A stretch of 57,536 nucleotides of DNA. It comes from a virus. Lineage: Duplodnaviria > Caudoviricetes. Of the stretch, positions 56,758-57,536 are shown piece after piece. Positions within the stretch are counted from its first letter, which is position 1. Each line of letters begins with the position of its first letter. Location of the stretch: the IMG/VR virus record IMGVR_UViG_3300036406_001093, positions 1 to 57,536 of that record, one strand, 5' to 3'. The translations under genes and the position numbers were made by a program. Below the pieces are notes generated by a model, which was not told the origin of the DNA, made no database searches, and saw nothing but the letters and a program-made list of their open reading frames with translations.

Positions 56758-57432
56758 TCACTCCGTCTCGATCCAGAAGTCCCCGATGGCAGCCGTGGCG
56801 GGCTGGGTCGGGCCCTTGGTCACGTTCACCGAACGGCCATCGGCACCGTCGGCACCAGTTGCACCATCGGCTCCAGCCGCTCCGTCCGAGCCCTTCTTGG
56901 CGATCAGTTTCAGGTCGCCGGGTCCGATCAGGGCCGCCTTGGTCAGGCCGGAGACGATGTAGGTCTCGCCGCCGAACGTGACCACATCGTTGTTCTCGTA
57001 CTCGGCCCCGGCGTCGTACTCGCCCTTGTAGGTCAGGCCGACGCCGTCCTTGCCAGCGGCACCATCGGCACCCGGGGCACCAGCGGCACCGTCCTGACCC
57101 GGAGTCCCGTCAGCACCGGGGGCACCATCGGAGCCCTTGGGGCCACGGATGCCGCCGACGTTGACCCAGCCGCCCGGTTCGGTGACGCCGTCGAACACCA
57201 GACCGTCGCCGGGAGCGATGTCGAACGGGGCGTCCGCTTCCATCCCGGCCGGGATCGGGTCGGGTACGAGCCACATATCACCGACCGTCGGGCTGGCGTC
57301 GGGAGGGTACTGCGCGGCCGGTCCCTTGATGGAAACGCCCGAGCCATCCTTGCCGTCCACGCCGTCCTTGCCAGCGGGGCCGACGATGGAGACCCACGAA
57401 GTGCCGTCGAAGATGCTGACGTTCTTAGCCAT
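56758..57432 (-). CDS. Collagen-like tail fibre protein
   Basis: Gly-X-Y repeats; YKGEY....Y...DVV.F.G.TY module. Confidence 0.85.
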   Translation of the reverse strand: MAKNVSIFDGTSWVSIVGPAGKDGVDGKDGSGVSIKGPAAQYPPDASPTVGDMWLVPDPIPAGMEADAPFDIAPGDGLVFDGVTEPGGWVNVGGIRGPKGSDGAPGADGTPGQDGAAGAPGADGAAGKDGVGLTYKGEYDAGAEYENNDVVTFGGETYIVSGLTKAALIGPGDLKLIAKKGSDGAAGADGATGADGADGRSVNVTKGPTQPATAAIGDFWIETE

Positions 57433-57443
57433 CGCTTGTTACC

Positions 57444-57536
57444 TCAAGGGGTGTTGCTGATCCATACGTCTCCAGCCTTTGCCGTCGCGGGCTGGGTGTT
57501 CTGCACGTTGACTGCGACCGACTCACCGGGGTCGCC
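57444..57536 (-). CDS. 3' end of a collagen-like fibre gene (partial)
   Basis: GDPGESVAVNVQNTQPATAKAGDVWISNTP*. Confidence 0.7.
   Translation of the reverse strand, partial: GDPGESVAVNVQNTQPATAKAGDVWISNTP

Overview
The window looks like most of a GC-rich, temperate, podovirus-like tailed-phage genome. It is probably circularly permuted, since minus-strand tail-fibre genes run off both edges. Layout: 1-12.3 kb (minus) packaging and head genes (terminase, portal, scaffold, major capsid); 13.7-17.2 kb accessory genes (SSB, a PEP-CTERM protein, an HNH/recombinase-domain fusion); ~17.2-17.65 kb a probable genome-end/early-promoter region; 17.65-27.6 kb (plus) an early block (Gp88-like protein, MoxR AAA + metallopeptidase-vWA pair, serine recombinase); 27.4-35.4 kb (minus) sigma factor plus replication/recombination genes (HJ resolvase, SF2 helicase, ERF, RecE-like); an attP made of the 3' two-thirds of tRNA-Pro(CGG) beside a tyrosine integrase; 36.6-57.5 kb (minus) internal virion, tail-tube/nozzle, Cys-rich and collagen-like fibre genes. 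PEP-CTERM, SHD1-like and GACC Cys-repeat features suggest a Planctomycetota host (inference). The most notable unexplained structure: (i) a repeated 15-bp asymmetric motif GAYCGGCTTGTAGTT plus covarying GCGT(T)-loop hairpins punctuating the early genes; (ii) an attP between a consensus sigma70 promoter and the replication operon, so integration itself would uncouple them; (iii) a CCATAA motif before late genes that could be the target of the phage sigma factor; (iv) a fibre motif split across consecutive gene boundaries; (v) SHD1-like domains and [ST]P[YF]D repeats in adjacent virion proteins. All family calls are by-eye motif recognition; no searches were run.
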